Notes under the pieces: model-generated | Database searches by the model: none | Seen by the model: only the letters and a program-made list of their open reading frames with translations | What the model was told of the DNA's origin: nothing | Translations under genes and position numbers: made by a program | Origin: Octopus sinensis | Taxonomy: Eukaryota | Reading direction: 5' to 3' | Assembly: GCF_006345805.1 (NCBI RefSeq) | Contig: NC_043006.1 | Coordinates: forward strand, 19,530,001 to 19,594,000 | DNA length: 64,000 nucleotides | Shown here: piece after piece, positions 1 to 13,698 of the stretch | How positions within the stretch are numbered: position 1 is the first letter of the stretch | How the letters are laid out: the number at the start of each line of letters is the position of its first letter

Positions 1-131
1 ATGTATGTATGTATGTATGTATGTATGTATGTATGTATGTATGTATGTATGTATGTATGTATGCATGCATGCATGCATGCATATATGTATGTATGTATGT
101 ATGTATATATGCATGCTTGCATGTATGTATG

Positions 132-162
<31 letters not shown>

Positions 163-327
163 GTATATATGCATGCATGCATGTATGTATGTATGTATGT
201 ATGTAAGTATATATGCATGCATGCATGTATGTATGTATGTATGTATGTATATGTGCATGCATGTATGCATGTATGTATATATGCATGCATGTATGTATGT
301 ATATATGTATGTATGTATGTATGTATG
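1..327. repeat. (ATGT)n/(ATGC)n microsatellite
   Basis: Direct tetranucleotide repeat; it explains the MYVC-type ORFs. Confidence 0.97.
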
Positions 328-409
328 TCAATATTCAGTTTAATTCAAGATTTCTTGCCAATAGAGAAAGAACCTATTTCTAACCTAGATCCAAAGTTCC
401 TTAATTGGA

Positions 410-1160
410 ATTTCAACATCAACAACAGGGTATTTTTGTTTGTGAGTATGTATGTATGGGTTGTGTATGTATGTGCAGATTTGTATGTTTTATGTATGTA
501 TTCCCAAGCATATAGTTGCATATCTCGACATGCTAATATATATTCAAATGATAAACTTCTGGAAAGTTTTAAAGATTTTTACAGTTCCAGTGATGGATTA
601 GATTTGTAATCTTCGGATTAGCTTTCCCCTTTCTGGTTTTGAGAAGCCTAATTTCTCAAGATTGCTATTTAGGCAATGTGTTACATATCCCAGGGCTCCA
701 ATAATTACAGGTATAAACCTGCATTTGCAATCTGGATAGAGTAACTGCAGATTTCTCAGCAGTTGTGTTACATATCCCAGGGCTCCAATAATTACAGGTA
801 TAAACCTGAATTTGCAATCTGGATAGAGTAACTGCAGATTTCTCAGTAGTTCAGCATAGGTATTCTCTTTTTCACTCATCTTCAGCTTTATGTTAACATC
901 TGCTCAGCAGCTGGTTTCCACACCAGCACACAGTTTCTCTTCTCTATCCCAAATCATCACATCAGGTATGTTGTGCTTACACTTTATTGAGGTTTTCATT
1001 GATACACTCCACCAGTATCTCTTTTCATAATGAGTGGCTATGGCTTCTACCATATTGTGGGTTCTTATTTCTTTGTGCTCAGGATTATCCTTCGGACGGA
1101 TTTCATTATGCAGTGTCCTAGCTACAACGTCATGTCTCATCGGTAGATAAAGCCAAGAAT
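410..1160 (-). mobile_element. 5'-truncated RLE-type non-LTR retrotransposon (R4/Dong-like), 3' end
   Basis: Minus-strand translation gives RHDVVA...KHNIPDVMIWDREEKLCAGVETSC...EKENTYAEL...FIPVIIGALG, i.e. the RHD/PD/E/K-x-x-Y restriction-like endonuclease motifs. There is an internal ~87-bp tandem duplication (676-760/765-847), then a 3' UTR. Confidence 0.8.
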
Positions 1161-1346
1161 TGAGCAAGTGTTGTTTTTGTGACGGTTGTAATTTTCGTTG
1201 ACGTTATTGTTGTTGTTGTTGCTGTTGTGATTTTTCTCCTTGTTGTTATTTTTGTTGTTCTCATTTTCATTGTTACTGTTTATGTCGCTGTTGTTGTTAC
1301 AATCGTCTTTGTAAATCTTTCTGTAACCAAGTCATCTTTAATTAAT

Positions 1347-1812
1347 TTATGTTAACATCTGCTCAGCAGCTGCTTTCCAGACCAGCACACAGTTTCTCTT
1401 CTCTATCCCAAATCATCACATTAGGTCTGTTGTGCTTACACTTTATTGAGGTTTTTACTGAGAAATCTGCAGTTACTCTATCCAGATTGCAAATTCAGGT
1501 TTATACCTGTAATTATTGGAGCCCTGGGATATGTAACACATTGTCTAAATAGCAATCTTGAGAAATTAGGCTTCTCAAAACCAGAAAGGGGAAAGCTAAT
1601 CCGAAGATTACAAATCTGATCCATCACTGGAACTGTAAAAATCTTTAAAACTTTCCTGAAGTTTATCATTTGAATATATATTAGCATGTCGAGATATGCA
1701 ACTATATGCATGGGAATACATACATAAAACATGCAAATCTGCACATACATACACAACCCATACATACATACATACTCACAAACAAAAATACCCTGTTGTT
1801 GATATTGAAATT
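1347..1812 (+). mobile_element. Second copy of the R4/Dong-like element with an inverted 5' segment
   Basis: 1457-1812 is the reverse complement of ~410-760, while 1347-1453 matches 889-997 in the same orientation. Confidence 0.85.
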
Positions 1813-2279
1813 TTTCAGACACACTACCTAGGACTATTTTAACTAATGTGGCTTTCCTTTCTTATGATACCAGAGTTTCATTTGAAGAACTGACTGGTAT
1901 TTCAAATAGATAGAACTGCGTAAAGAAAAATTTCACAGAGCAGATTGAAAATCAAAGCTGTACCAGCAGTGATCATCCCTTTGTTGCTTCAGGTGTAAAT
2001 TTTCCGGGATTATATTATCCTAGGTATACACCTTGATGAAATTTCAGATTATTTTCCTGTTATTTCTAGCAAATCAAGGGACCACATAAAGGCCCTAATT
2101 TTGAAGTTATTTCCTGTAATGGACACTTACAGCCATTTTGAGAACAATTATCACCATTACGGTGGTGATAGCGTAGTGGTGCTGATATTGGTGGTGGAAA
2201 CGCTAGTGTTAGTTCATCTGGTAGTGGTGGTAATAGTGGTGGCAATACTGTTAACCGTATCTTGCTGTGGCTCCTATTT

Positions 2280-2661
2280 GTGGAGGCGCAATGGCCCAGT
2301 GGTTAGGGCAGCGGACTCGCGGTCGTAGGATCGCGGTTTCGATTCCCAGACCGGGCATTGTGAGTGTTTATTGAGCGAAAACACCTAAAGCTTCACGAGG
2401 CTCTTGCAGGGGGTGGTGGTGAAACCTGCTGTACTCTTTCACCACAACTTTCTCTCACTCTTTCTTCCTGTTTCTGTTGTACCTGTATTTCGAAAGACCA
2501 GCTTTGTCACACTCTGTGTCACGCTGAATATCCCCGAGAACTATGTTAAGGGTACACGTGTCTGTGGAGTGCTCAGCCACTTGCACGTTAATTCCACGAG
2601 CAAGCTGTTCCGTTGATCGTATCAGCTGGGACCCTCATCGTCGTGACCGACGGAGTGCTCC
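2280..2661 (+). mobile_element. tRNA-derived SINE family A (~380 bp)
   Basis: Head GGAGGCGCAATGGCCCAGTGG (A box) ... GGTTTCGATTCC (B box); near-identical to 11 other copies in the window. Confidence 0.92.
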
Positions 2662-2915
2662 TATATGTGGCTCGAATTTAGCAGCTAGGAATACTGAACT
2701 GATATTTATGTTTGTTATTCATAGAAGGTGCGTAGAGCCGATAATAATATTTGAACATTGCACCCCACGATTTACAGTTCAACATTGGATTGATTGAGAT
2801 AGTTATTCCTCCAATATCTTTTAGCATCTCATAATCAACCAGCAATTACAAACTCAAACTCAAGTTTCATACAGAATATATATATATATACTGAGGTAAT
2901 ACAATATAAAAGTTT

Positions 2916-3372
2916 AGCAGCGAGCTGGCAGAAACGTTAGCACGACCGGCGAAATGCGTAGCTGTATTTCGTCTGCTATTACATTCTGAGTTCAAATTCC
3001 GCCGAGGTCGACTTTGCCGTTCATCCTTTCGGGGTCGATAAATAAAGTACCATTTATGCACTGGGGTCGATGTAATCGACTTAATCCGTTTGTCTGTCCT
3101 TGTTTGTCCCCTCTGTGTTTAGCCCCTTGTGGGTAGTAAAGAAATAGGTATTTTGCCCATTTTAAGGGAGCGAGCTAGCAGGATCATGAGCACATCGGGT
3201 AAAATGCTTAGCAGCGTTTCGTCCTTCTTTACATTCTGGGTTCAAATGCCGACAGGGTTGACCTTGCCTTTCATCCTTTCAGGGTCAATAAAATATGTAC
3301 CAGCTTAGCATTTGGGTCGATGTAATCGACCTTGCTCCCTTCAAGATGGCCTTGTGCCAAAACTTGAACCAA
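2916..3372 (+). mobile_element. tRNA-derived SINE family B, two adjacent copies
   Basis: GGCGAGCTGGCAGAA head, GAGTTCAAATTCC B box, GCCTTTCATCCTTTCGGGGTCGATAAA central domain, AAAGAAATA tail. Confidence 0.88.
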
Positions 3373-3964
3373 TATAATATAAAAGTTGCATAAGATTTAT
3401 TTCTATTTTGATAGTAAAATATACAAATTATTGAATATATATTGTGTAAATTTAGAGATAAATATAAGTCAACCAACTGAAACATATGAAGACAGAAAGT
3501 GTTTTGAGCGTTCCAGTATTCTAGATGAGCGTATAGAGTAGAGGTTCACAGAAAATGCGGGTTTTGAGAAAAATGAAAATGTGATTGTTGCGTGATCCAG
3601 TATCGTAAATGCGGCCATAGGGCAGAGAGTCTTGTATTTGAATTACACACACAAAAAAAAAGACATGGCTTTGGTCCCAAAAGCGAAGTTCAATGTTGAA
3701 GTGTTGATTGACTCACTAGTCTAGATGATGCTATCGGGATGGAGCCCGGAGTATAAGTTTACAGGTAGAGTTGGAAATATAAGAAAAAGTTAAGATATGC
3801 AAGAGATGTGAAGATTAAAGACAAATACAACAATACTAATTAGATTAACTTATAAATTATTAATATTTATAATATTTTTAATTTCTTGAAGAAATGGGGA
3901 ATTAGCATTAAAATATTGCAGATGCAAAGTAAAATGAAGACAACCGTTTTTAATATTTTACTAA

Positions 3965-4565
3965 AGGCTATTTCGTCTGTTTTTACATTCTGATTTCAAA
4001 TACTTCCAATGTCGACTTTGCCTTTCGTCCTTTCGGAGTCGATAAACTAAGTACCAGTTGAACACTTGGGTCGATGTAATCGACTTATCCCCTCCTCCGA
4101 AATTGCCGATCTTGTGCCAAAATTTGAAATCAATATTCTACTGAAGCAAAAGGTGGCAAGCTGGCAGAAACGTTAGCACGCTGGGCAAAATGCGTAGACG
4201 TATTTCCTCTGCCGTTACGTTCTGAGTTCAAATTCCGCCGAGGTCGACTTTGCCTTTCATCCTTTCGGGGTCGATAAATTAAGTACCAGTTACGCACTGG
4301 GATCGATGTAATCGACTTAATCAGTTTGTTTGTCCTTGTTTGTCCTCTCTGTGTTTAGCCCCTTGTGGGTAGTAAAGAAATAGGTGGCAAGCTGGCAGAA
4401 TCGTTAGCACGCTGAGCAAAATACTTGACAGTCTGAGTTCAAATTCTTTTGAGTGCAACTTTGCCTTTCATCTTTTCGGGGCCGATAAAATAAGTACCAG
4501 TCGATGTAATCAATTTACCCACTCCACAAAATTTGCTGGCCTTGTACCAAAGCTTAAAACCAATG
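3965..4565 (+). mobile_element. Cluster of three SINE family B copies
   Basis: Repeated B box and central domain at ~3990, ~4225 and ~4435. Confidence 0.85.
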
Positions 4566-6756
4566 TTTACTTGCGAAGTACAGAATAATTTTAAAGTAGA
4601 GAAGCACTTTCTACGTATAGGTGAACAATCAGGTATTCCTAACAAAAATGTATTGATTCTTTAAATAGCTTTCGATTAAAGGCACGAAGCAATATATATT
4701 TTAATACTTTAACTGAATATTAAGTATGTATGGAATATTCTACGTATGAAATCTGCGTAACACTAAGATTACGGTTATTTGTCCTGACAAGAACCTAAAG
4801 CACTGATTATATTCAAATCATATTCCTTAAGTCAAGCGCTAGTGTCTGAATCGAAATCAATGTTTTTCCAAATTATCGTGAAGTGAACCTGACGGAGATT
4901 TATATGCCTTTTCAGATATTTATTTATGCAGCATAGCTCGTAAAATTTATGCTACCTGATTTAATAACACCGGTGTAGTAAATAATAATGAACAGCCAAA
5001 GTAAAATAAAACTGATTAACTTCTACTGCACAAAGTCAAACTACCTGGGAAAACTATTTCGAAGAAATATAATCTAATGGAACTCGGATGCATTCTGTTT
5101 GATTTAGCGGAAGGAGAAATAACCCCCATTTTAGGATGTCGAACAGATTGAATGTTTTATGAAGCAGTTTGTTTACTGAAGGGTCTTCTTGTTCGGTAAT
5201 CAGATGAAAATATCATTTACTCAAAGCTGGAAACTTGGATAATTAATTCCAGTGATCTAAATCACCGCATTTATTAGCATAAAGCGAAAGTCCTTGATGT
5301 AGTCTTCTGAAATGATATAAATTTTCAGTTCTCTGAAGGTGCAATAAGATCTGACAGAAAACTGAGAGGTCGTTTACGATGGGAATTAATATAATTATTT
5401 TAATCCATTTCTCAGAGCGAGAAGTTGGCTGAATTGTTAGAGCGAAGAAATATAAAGTTTCGCGGTATTTCTTGAAGCTCTTCCTAGTCTGAGTTCAAGC
5501 CCCATCGAGGGGCGACTTCGCTTTAATATCTCCCAGATCAATACAATAAAGTATAAGTGAAGTACTGTGATTGACAGTTTCGACTACTCTCCTCACCTCA
5601 AATTTTTATCGCTTTGTGTCTAAATCAGAAATCACTGAAAAACGCAGCGAGCTGGCCGAAACTTCGAAGTCACTATCAATAATATATGTTGAAGGGACAG
5701 AGAAAATAACGAATATTTTTACCCTCAAGACGTACTTCAGAACAGAGTACACAACAAGAACTCCGCGAGAGTCAGAAGAACTCGTTGGGCGTATCTACAC
5801 ATGTACACTACTCCAACCTCTGGCAAGAAACTATTGACCCTCTGAAATTCGCTTCATACTTTCATCCACCTCTACATCTTTTCGGAAAAAGATATTGTTC
5901 GAATGCCTCGCTTTTTGACGTGGCGTCACTTCCCCACGTTTCCGGTCCCGACGTCTCCTTTCACTCCTCTATCCACCTCTGACCTAAAGATCATTGCTCT
6001 TCTATTCTATTCTATTTCAAAGACGTCCATTCCACTGGCTGGGCGACGCTCCCTTTGTGATCTTCGCAAGGTCATGGGTATGGCCTACCCCGGTGATTGC
6101 CGTGCGCTGACGACGGGTAAATACCCAGAAACTCGGGTCCGTGCGTATCACGTCAGGTCGACGATGGGAAGGATGGCTTCCCTTTGCAAATACTGATAGG
6201 GCACAGAAAGTGTGTCAATAGCCAGCTGGAGAAGATGTTCTCCTGGGGATACAAGCTACAGTAGCATACGGCCTTAGTGGTTAGCCACATTTAAGTGGCA
6301 AATATACTTCACATTGTCGTGCAGTTACTGTTTATACCTCGTTCAGAGATTTAGTATTATTATTATACATACATATATATATTTAGCAATTAAGGACAAC
6401 TTCTTAATAAGGAAAACTTAACAAGAAATTATCGGGTAGATAGCGTGAAAAACCTCATAAGAGAAAAAATTTCGAAAATAATTCTTTCTCATTGAACATA
6501 TTAATTATATATAGAGGGCATTATTATACATACATGTATAGCGTGTCCCTTAGCGTGTCCCTCTTAGCGTGTGGCATGTATGTATAATAATGCCCTCTAT
6601 ATATAATACATATATATATATATATATATACGAGTGAGTAGACAAAGAAGGGAACTCAACACATTTATTAGGAGTGAGTTACATGTATGGATGAAAACAG
6701 TTTCATTCAAACTCCTTGAAACTCAGAGTACCAAGGAGTTGAATCAAATTGTTTCA

Positions 6757-6797
6757 TATATATATATATACTATATATATATATATATATAATATAT

Positions 6798-6828
<31 letters not shown>

Positions 6829-7330
6829 TTGTGTGTGTATGTGTGTATGTGTGTATGTATGTGTGTGTGTGTTTGTATGTATGTATGTGTGTGTGTGTAT
6901 GTATGTATGTATATAAAAATTTGTTGTGTCATATACGGATTGTCATATACGGCTTTGTGTGGCTATCACAGAAAGCTCCTCTAGCCACATAGTAATCCAA
7001 TACAGAGGAGTATAATGCAGAGCTCCACGCCCTTGAATTCTAGGAGATCCGATCGATGAGATTATCTCATGAAGACTGTATAAACCATAAAAAAATCAGA
7101 AGGTATGAGTGATGAATATATTCATTTAACCACATGTCATCCTTAGGTCTACGGCTATTTCGCAGCCATGATAAATTATGTGTACGTGTGTGCACTAATA
7201 TGCATGCTACGCATTATGCAATACAGTTTTTATGTACACATATACTTATGCACGCGCGCATACACACACATACACAAATACACACACACGCACGCATACA
7301 TATATATATAAATACATATGTATGTATGTA

Positions 7331-7365
<35 letters not shown>

Positions 7366-7500
7366 ATATACATATGTATGTATGTGTGTATATATATATA
7401 TATATATGCATGTATATATGTGTATATATGCATGTATATATATGTATATATGCATGTATATATGTATATATAATATATATATATATGCATGTATATATGA

Positions 7501-7565
<65 letters not shown>

Positions 7566-7668
7566 TATGTAGTATGTATGTATGTATATATATATATATA
7601 TATGTATGTATATATATATACATATATATATATGTATGTATATATATATACATATATATATATGTATG

Positions 7669-7720
<52 letters not shown>

Positions 7721-7733
7721 AATATATATATAT
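6757..7733. repeat. (TA)n/(TG)n/(TATG)n microsatellite tracts (6757-6915, 7255-7733)
   Basis: Direct inspection. Confidence 0.95.
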
Positions 7734-7929
7734 GAAAATTATGGTCGTTAATTATTTAGGGGAGGTATTACAGGCGATGGCTAAGGCAGTGAGGTAACTC
7801 TGGTACGCTTCGTTTCTTTTAAACCGCCGCCTTAGTGCAACACCTACTTTGGATGGCAAAGAGTAGTCTATGCTTCGGTGAAGAGTGCTAATATATATTC
7901 TGTGCTTAAAGAAACTATTAGAATGATAA

Positions 7930-8315
7930 GGAGGCGCAATAGCCAAGTGGTTAGGGCAACGGACTCGCGGTCATAGGATCGCGGTTTCGATTCCCAGACC
8001 GGGCGTTGTGAGTGTTTATTGAGCGAAAACACCTAAAGCTCTACGAGGCTCCGGCAGGGGATGGTGGTGATCCCTGCTGTACTCTTTCACCACAACTTTC
8101 TCTCACTCTTACTTCCTGTTTCTGTTATACCTGTATTTCAAAGGGCCGGCCTTGTCACTCTCTGTGTCACGCTGAATATCCCCGAGAACTACGTTAAGGG
8201 TACACGTGTCTGTGGAGTGCTCAGCCACTTACACGTTAATTTCACGAGCAGGCTGTTCCGTTGATTCGGATCAACCGGAACCCTCGTCGTCGTAACCGAC
8301 GGAGTGCTTCCATCC
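7930..8315 (+). mobile_element. SINE family A
   Basis: Full copy; TSD AGAATGATAA at 7920 and 8316. Confidence 0.95.
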
Positions 8316-8774
8316 AGAATGATAAACTTGACGAAATATTTGGCTAAAAATGATATAACCTAATGGTTATGCAGTTGAGTATGTGTATTTGTCTGTATGC
8401 GTGACAAGTCGGAATGCAGTTATGACTGATAAGCAATGATCGTAGGTAGCATCATAGCGTTATTCAAGAATGTTATTGACTCGTTTAAATATTTGTGGCA
8501 AAGCAAAAACCTTGCAGGGGCATTGTTATATTATAGAGAAGAAAGCTGTCGTGAATTATACCCTTTGCTTAATTATTGCAACATCTGATTTTGACAGCAG
8601 TTTTATAAGAAACTGGCTATTCTACAAGACTGTCAAAGGAAACAGTAAATTATACTGCATTAGAAGCTTCATTTCAATGAGGAAAGTGTAAGTCCTTGAC
8701 TCTGCAGTCAGTTAAGATGCTTGGGTAAGATTGAGTTGAAATTTTGTCAATAGGTCACCAAGTTCAGGAGAGAG

Positions 8775-9170
8775 AGTAAATCGATTACATCGATCCCAGT
8801 GCTCAGTCGGTAGTTATTTTATCGGCCCCGAAAGGATGAAAGACAAAGTCGACCTCAGCAGAATTTGAACTCAGAATGTAAAGACGGACGAAATGCCACT
8901 AATCATTTTGCCTGGCGTGCTAACGATTCTACCAGCTCGCCTCCTTGTCCTCAAGTAATGTTGATTTCGAATGTTGGCACAAGGCCAGGAATTTCAGGGT
9001 AGGGGTTAAGTCGACTAAACCGACCTCAGTTCTCAACTGGTACTTATTTTATCGACCCCGAATGAATGAAAGGCAAAGTCGACCTCGGCGGCATTTGAAC
9101 TCAGAAAATAAAGAATCGAAAAGTCGAAATGCTGCTAAGCATTTCCTTCGTGCTAACAATTCTGCTAGAT
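8775..9170 (-). mobile_element. Two SINE family B copies
   Basis: Reverse complement of the central domain (CCCCGAAAGGATGAAAGGC) and of the B box. Confidence 0.8.
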
Positions 9171-9949
9171 CGACGCCGTTCTCCGTTCCCCCTCTCTTTC
9201 TCTATCATTCTCTTTCTATCGATCTATCTATCTTTCTCTTTTTCTCTCTATCTCGCTCTCTTTCTCTTTTTCTCGGGATATTCTCTGCTGTCACGTAGTG
9301 TTCACTCAATTGTTTGAAATCCTTTGATTCATATAATGAATCCTGTGTTTATACACACGGAATGATAATAGTGCCGGGAAAAAATCGATGTTTAAATCTC
9401 CCTTTATCCTCTCATGCATTGACCTAAAAACCTTCCATCTTATCAATTCCATAACTCTATTAAGCTGGACACATCTCCCAACATCTGTAGCCAATGATTA
9501 TAATAAAGAACTGGCCATCATATCTCGTTAGTGACATTCAGGCGAATGAAAATCAACAATATAGCTTAGTTAATAATATCAAAAACAATTTTACTTCAGA
9601 GTTGTATCCTGTATCTTACATTTTGTCATTTCGACTATCCGTACTTTAATAAGAAATACGACAATGCCGGAAATTCTCATTCATGATTCAGAAATCGCCA
9701 TTGTTTATAAATACAATGAACCACTTCCTACAATCTTTAAGACCAAATCCAATAAGAATGCTTGTGTGGTTTCTAGTCGTGCTCGAAGTAAATAATATAC
9801 AAATCGACATCAAATCACATGTTTCTATCACAAATTAAGAGAAGTCACACTAGATAATATAGTGTTAAATATCGTTAAAATAATCCTTGTAGTCCTAGTC
9901 GAGAAACCTATGATAAACAGCCTTGCTTATCAGGGTAAACTAAATAGAT

Positions 9950-10115
9950 GGTGGTGTGGCTCTGTGGTAAGAAAGTTGCTTCCTAACCACATGGTTCTGG
10001 GTTCAATCACACCGCGTGGCACCTTGGGCAAGTGTCTTCTACTATAGTCCCGAGCCGACCAAAGCCTTTTAGTGAATTTGGCAGACGGAAACTGAAAGAA
10101 GCTTGTCACACACAC

Positions 10116-10152
<37 letters not shown>

Positions 10153-10605
10153 TTCGTGTCTGTGTTTATCCCCCATCACTGCTTGACAACCAGTATTTGT
10201 TTGTTTATGTCCCTGTAACTTAGAAGTTCGATAAAAGTAGCCGATAGAATACGAGTACCTATTTCTTTATTATCCACAAGGGGCTAAACACAGAGGGAAC
10301 AAACAAGGACAGACATAGGTATTAAGTCGATTACATCGAAACCAGTGCGTAAGTGGTACTTAATTTATCGACCCCGAAAGGATGAAAGGCAAAGTCGACC
10401 TCGGCGGAATTTGAACTCACAACGTAACGGCAGACGAAATACCGCTAAGCATTTCGCCCGGTGTGCTAACGTTTCTACCAGCCTTGACGAGTACCTGGCG
10501 TTAAATAATAAGTCCTGGGGTCGATTCATTCGACTAAAAATTCGACTCAAATGGTGATGCTCAAGCATGGCCGTAGTCTAATGACTGAAAACAAGTAAAA
10601 TATGA
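9950..10605 (+). mobile_element. SINE family C with internal (GT)n, interrupted by a family B copy (10260-10486, minus strand)
   Basis: Head TGTGGTAAGAA...GGGTTCAATC...CACCTTGGGCAAGTGTC and tail CAGCATGGCC...GACTGAAA. The nested copy is flanked by TSD ACGAGTACC. Confidence 0.85.
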
Positions 10606-11027
10606 AAACGACTCCGATCCAGCATTATGAGATTATTCGGATTATTCGGACGCAAACTCTTTTCTTTTTTCACGTTAATAAAGAGAGGGTGGACTAAAGA
10701 AATCCCTTACCATTTTTAGTGCGGAGTGGAGTTGATATTTGGTAGTTTCAGGGCCACTAGTCTGAACGACAGCAACGCAACAGCAATCTACTTCGTTCGC
10801 AAATTAGCGAAAAAGTCTCCGTGTGGTTACACGTTTCCCTCGGAAAATTAGCAATCAAATCTTACTCGTGTCATACCTATCCCCTAAACATTTGGAAAAG
10901 GACTGGACACTCAAGATACGAATTTCTTTCATCAGAGGTTTGCTCAGCCAAATTTTACCAGCATCAGACTCCGTCAACCTACTTCCTTCATATCCGGTGC
11001 CGTTCGCGTTCGGTCATAACATCCAAT

Positions 11028-11678
11028 AATGGCTTGTTCCCCAGTTGGAACGTGCCTCATGTATATTTGAACTGGTAATAACATTGCGTTTATACTTATC
11101 ACTGCTTAGCGCTCCCACTCCGTAATTTACTTACAGTGAGCCACCGAATAGAGCTTATCATTCATCGTACGGTGACTGAAATAGCATAAGCGCGACAATC
11201 TCTATGATCAGTTCGCAGCGTCATCTGCCTGGTGTCTGTGACTGAAGAGGACACAACTACTCCGAAACGCTGGCATCTCACAGTCTAGGTGGGTGGCACT
11301 GCGAACTAGTCTAGTTGTATCCACATAATTTGTCCACAGCGAGAAATTTTCTCCACGACAAAACACAGTGAATGGCTGGTTTGTGCCCCATTTTGAACGT
11401 GCCTCGAGCGTATTTAAACTATTAATAACACTCCAAGAGACCAACAACTGTCTTGGTGAAGTGGCTTAATCTCGAGACAGCTCTGGGTAACTTATGTCTG
11501 AAGGCATTCCAGTTGTAACCATCCCGTCTTTTTTTCAATTCATTGTACACTCAACAATAGAGATTGTCGCGCTTATGCTATTTCAGTCACCGTACGATGA
11601 ATGATAAGCTCTATTCGGTGGCTCACTGTAAGTAAATTACGGAGTGGGAGCGCTAAGCAGTGATAAGTATAAACGCAA
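11028..11678 (+). mobile_element. Penelope-like pLTR fragment with a 122-bp inverted repeat
   Basis: 11084-11205 is the reverse complement of 11557-11678. There is a diverged direct repeat (11028-11082 / 11371-11430) and a hammerhead motif between the arms. Confidence 0.65.
11228..11290 (+). ncRNA. Type I hammerhead ribozyme motif
   Basis: Stem I CTGTGA/TCACAG, core CTGAAGA (11242-48), stem II GGA/TCC, GAAA (11264-67), short stem III, ATC triplet (GTC expected). Confidence 0.7.
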
Positions 11679-12410
11679 GTGCACTGTAATATATTTAGGC
11701 GGTGGGTATTTTCTGAGATTTGGTTGCTATTCTTTTAAACGTCAACCGGTCACGTAGAATCTCTTTCGTAGACACGTTTCAAATCATTTAAAACACAAAG
11801 GAGACATTTGAAACAATTTGACACGCAGCTACCGAGAATCAGAAAAGAAAGTTTATGGTTAGATAGTCTATTCGTGTATTTTAATAGTTGTTTTTTTTTT
11901 ATTGCCAGCAAGATGCTAAAACATGATAAAAATGGATGATTCTCAAATTTCCTCGGGTTAAAAGACTTTCGATTCACCTTGATAGTATCTGCTACAATAA
12001 TGATGGGTTTTGCATTTAATAATTAAAAGCTAAACCAAAATAACATGTCTTTGTATGAGTATACCTGTATGGCTTTATGTGTCTGTTCGGACATGTGAGT
12101 GTAGTAGTGTATATGCGTATGTGTGTGTGTCTTTGTGCTTGTCTTGAATACAAGGTTGTTAATGCTAATAGTAATTACTAATATATATGTGCATACACAT
12201 CAAACAAGTAAATACCTCAACGCAAACGTATACTTACACATAACTAGATCGACAACTACTCACACACACACACAATATACTACTGGAAACAGAAAGTGTA
12301 TTATTTAGTATAGTAATTTTTAGTACAATATTAATTATATATTTTAATTTATATTTTATTATAGATAATATCTTTCATTATTAATTACTTTATGGAGGTT
12401 CTGTCTCTTA

Positions 12411-12552
<142 letters not shown>

Positions 12553-12561
12553 TAGCGATTT

Positions 12562-12823
12562 GTGGAGGCGCAATGGACCAGTGGTTAGGGCAGCGGACTC
12601 GCGGTCATAGGATCGCGGTTTCGATTCCCAGACCGGGCGTTGTGAGTGTTTATTGAGCGAAAACACCTAAAGCTCCACGAGACTCTGGCAGGGGATGGTG
12701 GTGATCCCTGCTGGAGTGCTCAGCCACTTACACGTTAATTTCACGAGCAGGCTGTTCCGTTCATTCGGATCAACCGGAACCCTCGTCGTCGTAACCGACG
12801 GAGTGCTTCCATCCATCCCATAA
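12562..12823 (+). mobile_element. SINE family A with internal deletion
   Basis: Junction CCCTGCTG|GAGTGCT removes the central part; TSD AGTAGCGATTT. Confidence 0.92.
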
Positions 12824-13698
12824 GTAGCGATTTAAAAGACTAAAATAATTTATTATTAATCATGAAATAAATATTTAAAGAATCTACTTCGTTACCAATA
12901 AAGATGAATAGAGCACTCCGTCGGTTACGACAACGAGGCTGATACTAGATTAGGAATTTACATGTATCAAATGGTATTATTTTTTTTTCTAAAAATAAAT
13001 CTTTTAAAAATGATAGTGTCTATTTATTTTCGAGATGTCAGTGTGTTTATATACATATATATGCGTGTTATGCGTTTCTACACACGTCACTCATATATGA
13101 AAACGTTGTTATTATTAGACATATTTTATTTTATATGTTTCAGTCATTATACTGTGGCCATGCTGGGGCAACACGTTGAGGTCGAACGAATCGACTCCTA
13201 ATATTTAATTCTTCTAGGCATGACACTTATTCCAAAGGTCTCTTATGCCGAACCTTAAAGTTTCAAGGATATAAAATACCAACAGGGGTTGTCAAGTAGA
13301 GGTGGTGCACACATACACACACACATATATATCTATGTGTGTGTGTGTGTGTGTCCACCACCTCTACTTGGTACCCTCTACTTGTTGGTATTTTATGTCC
13401 TTGAAGTGTATAAAATAACGAAGGTGGTAGTACACAATATAAAGCCAAAAAGCAAAATTTCAATAGCCACTAATTAAGACTGACGGTGCAGAATAGCACC
13501 TACATTACTAGTAATAAGTTAAAACCCACCTTAGAGACGCAAAAAAGAACAGGCATCTTTCATTTTGTTTTTCTCCCCTCTACCAAATCCATTCAAACGG
13601 CTTTGGTTGACTGAACCAGAAACCATGTCGCTGGAAAGAAAAGTTCTTACCACACAACCACGCCTGCACCTATGTTGTTAATTAATTTAACTAAAATA

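Noticed and set aside
2280-2356. tRNA gene at the SINE A head
   Set aside because: A and B boxes are present, but there is no proper acceptor stem and the head is always fused to the SINE body with TSDs.
7130-7175. Partial hammerhead (GAAA...TA plus stem) on the minus strand; similar partial motifs at ~49725 and ~53045
   Set aside because: The CUGANGA half or the stems are missing or too decayed to support a call.
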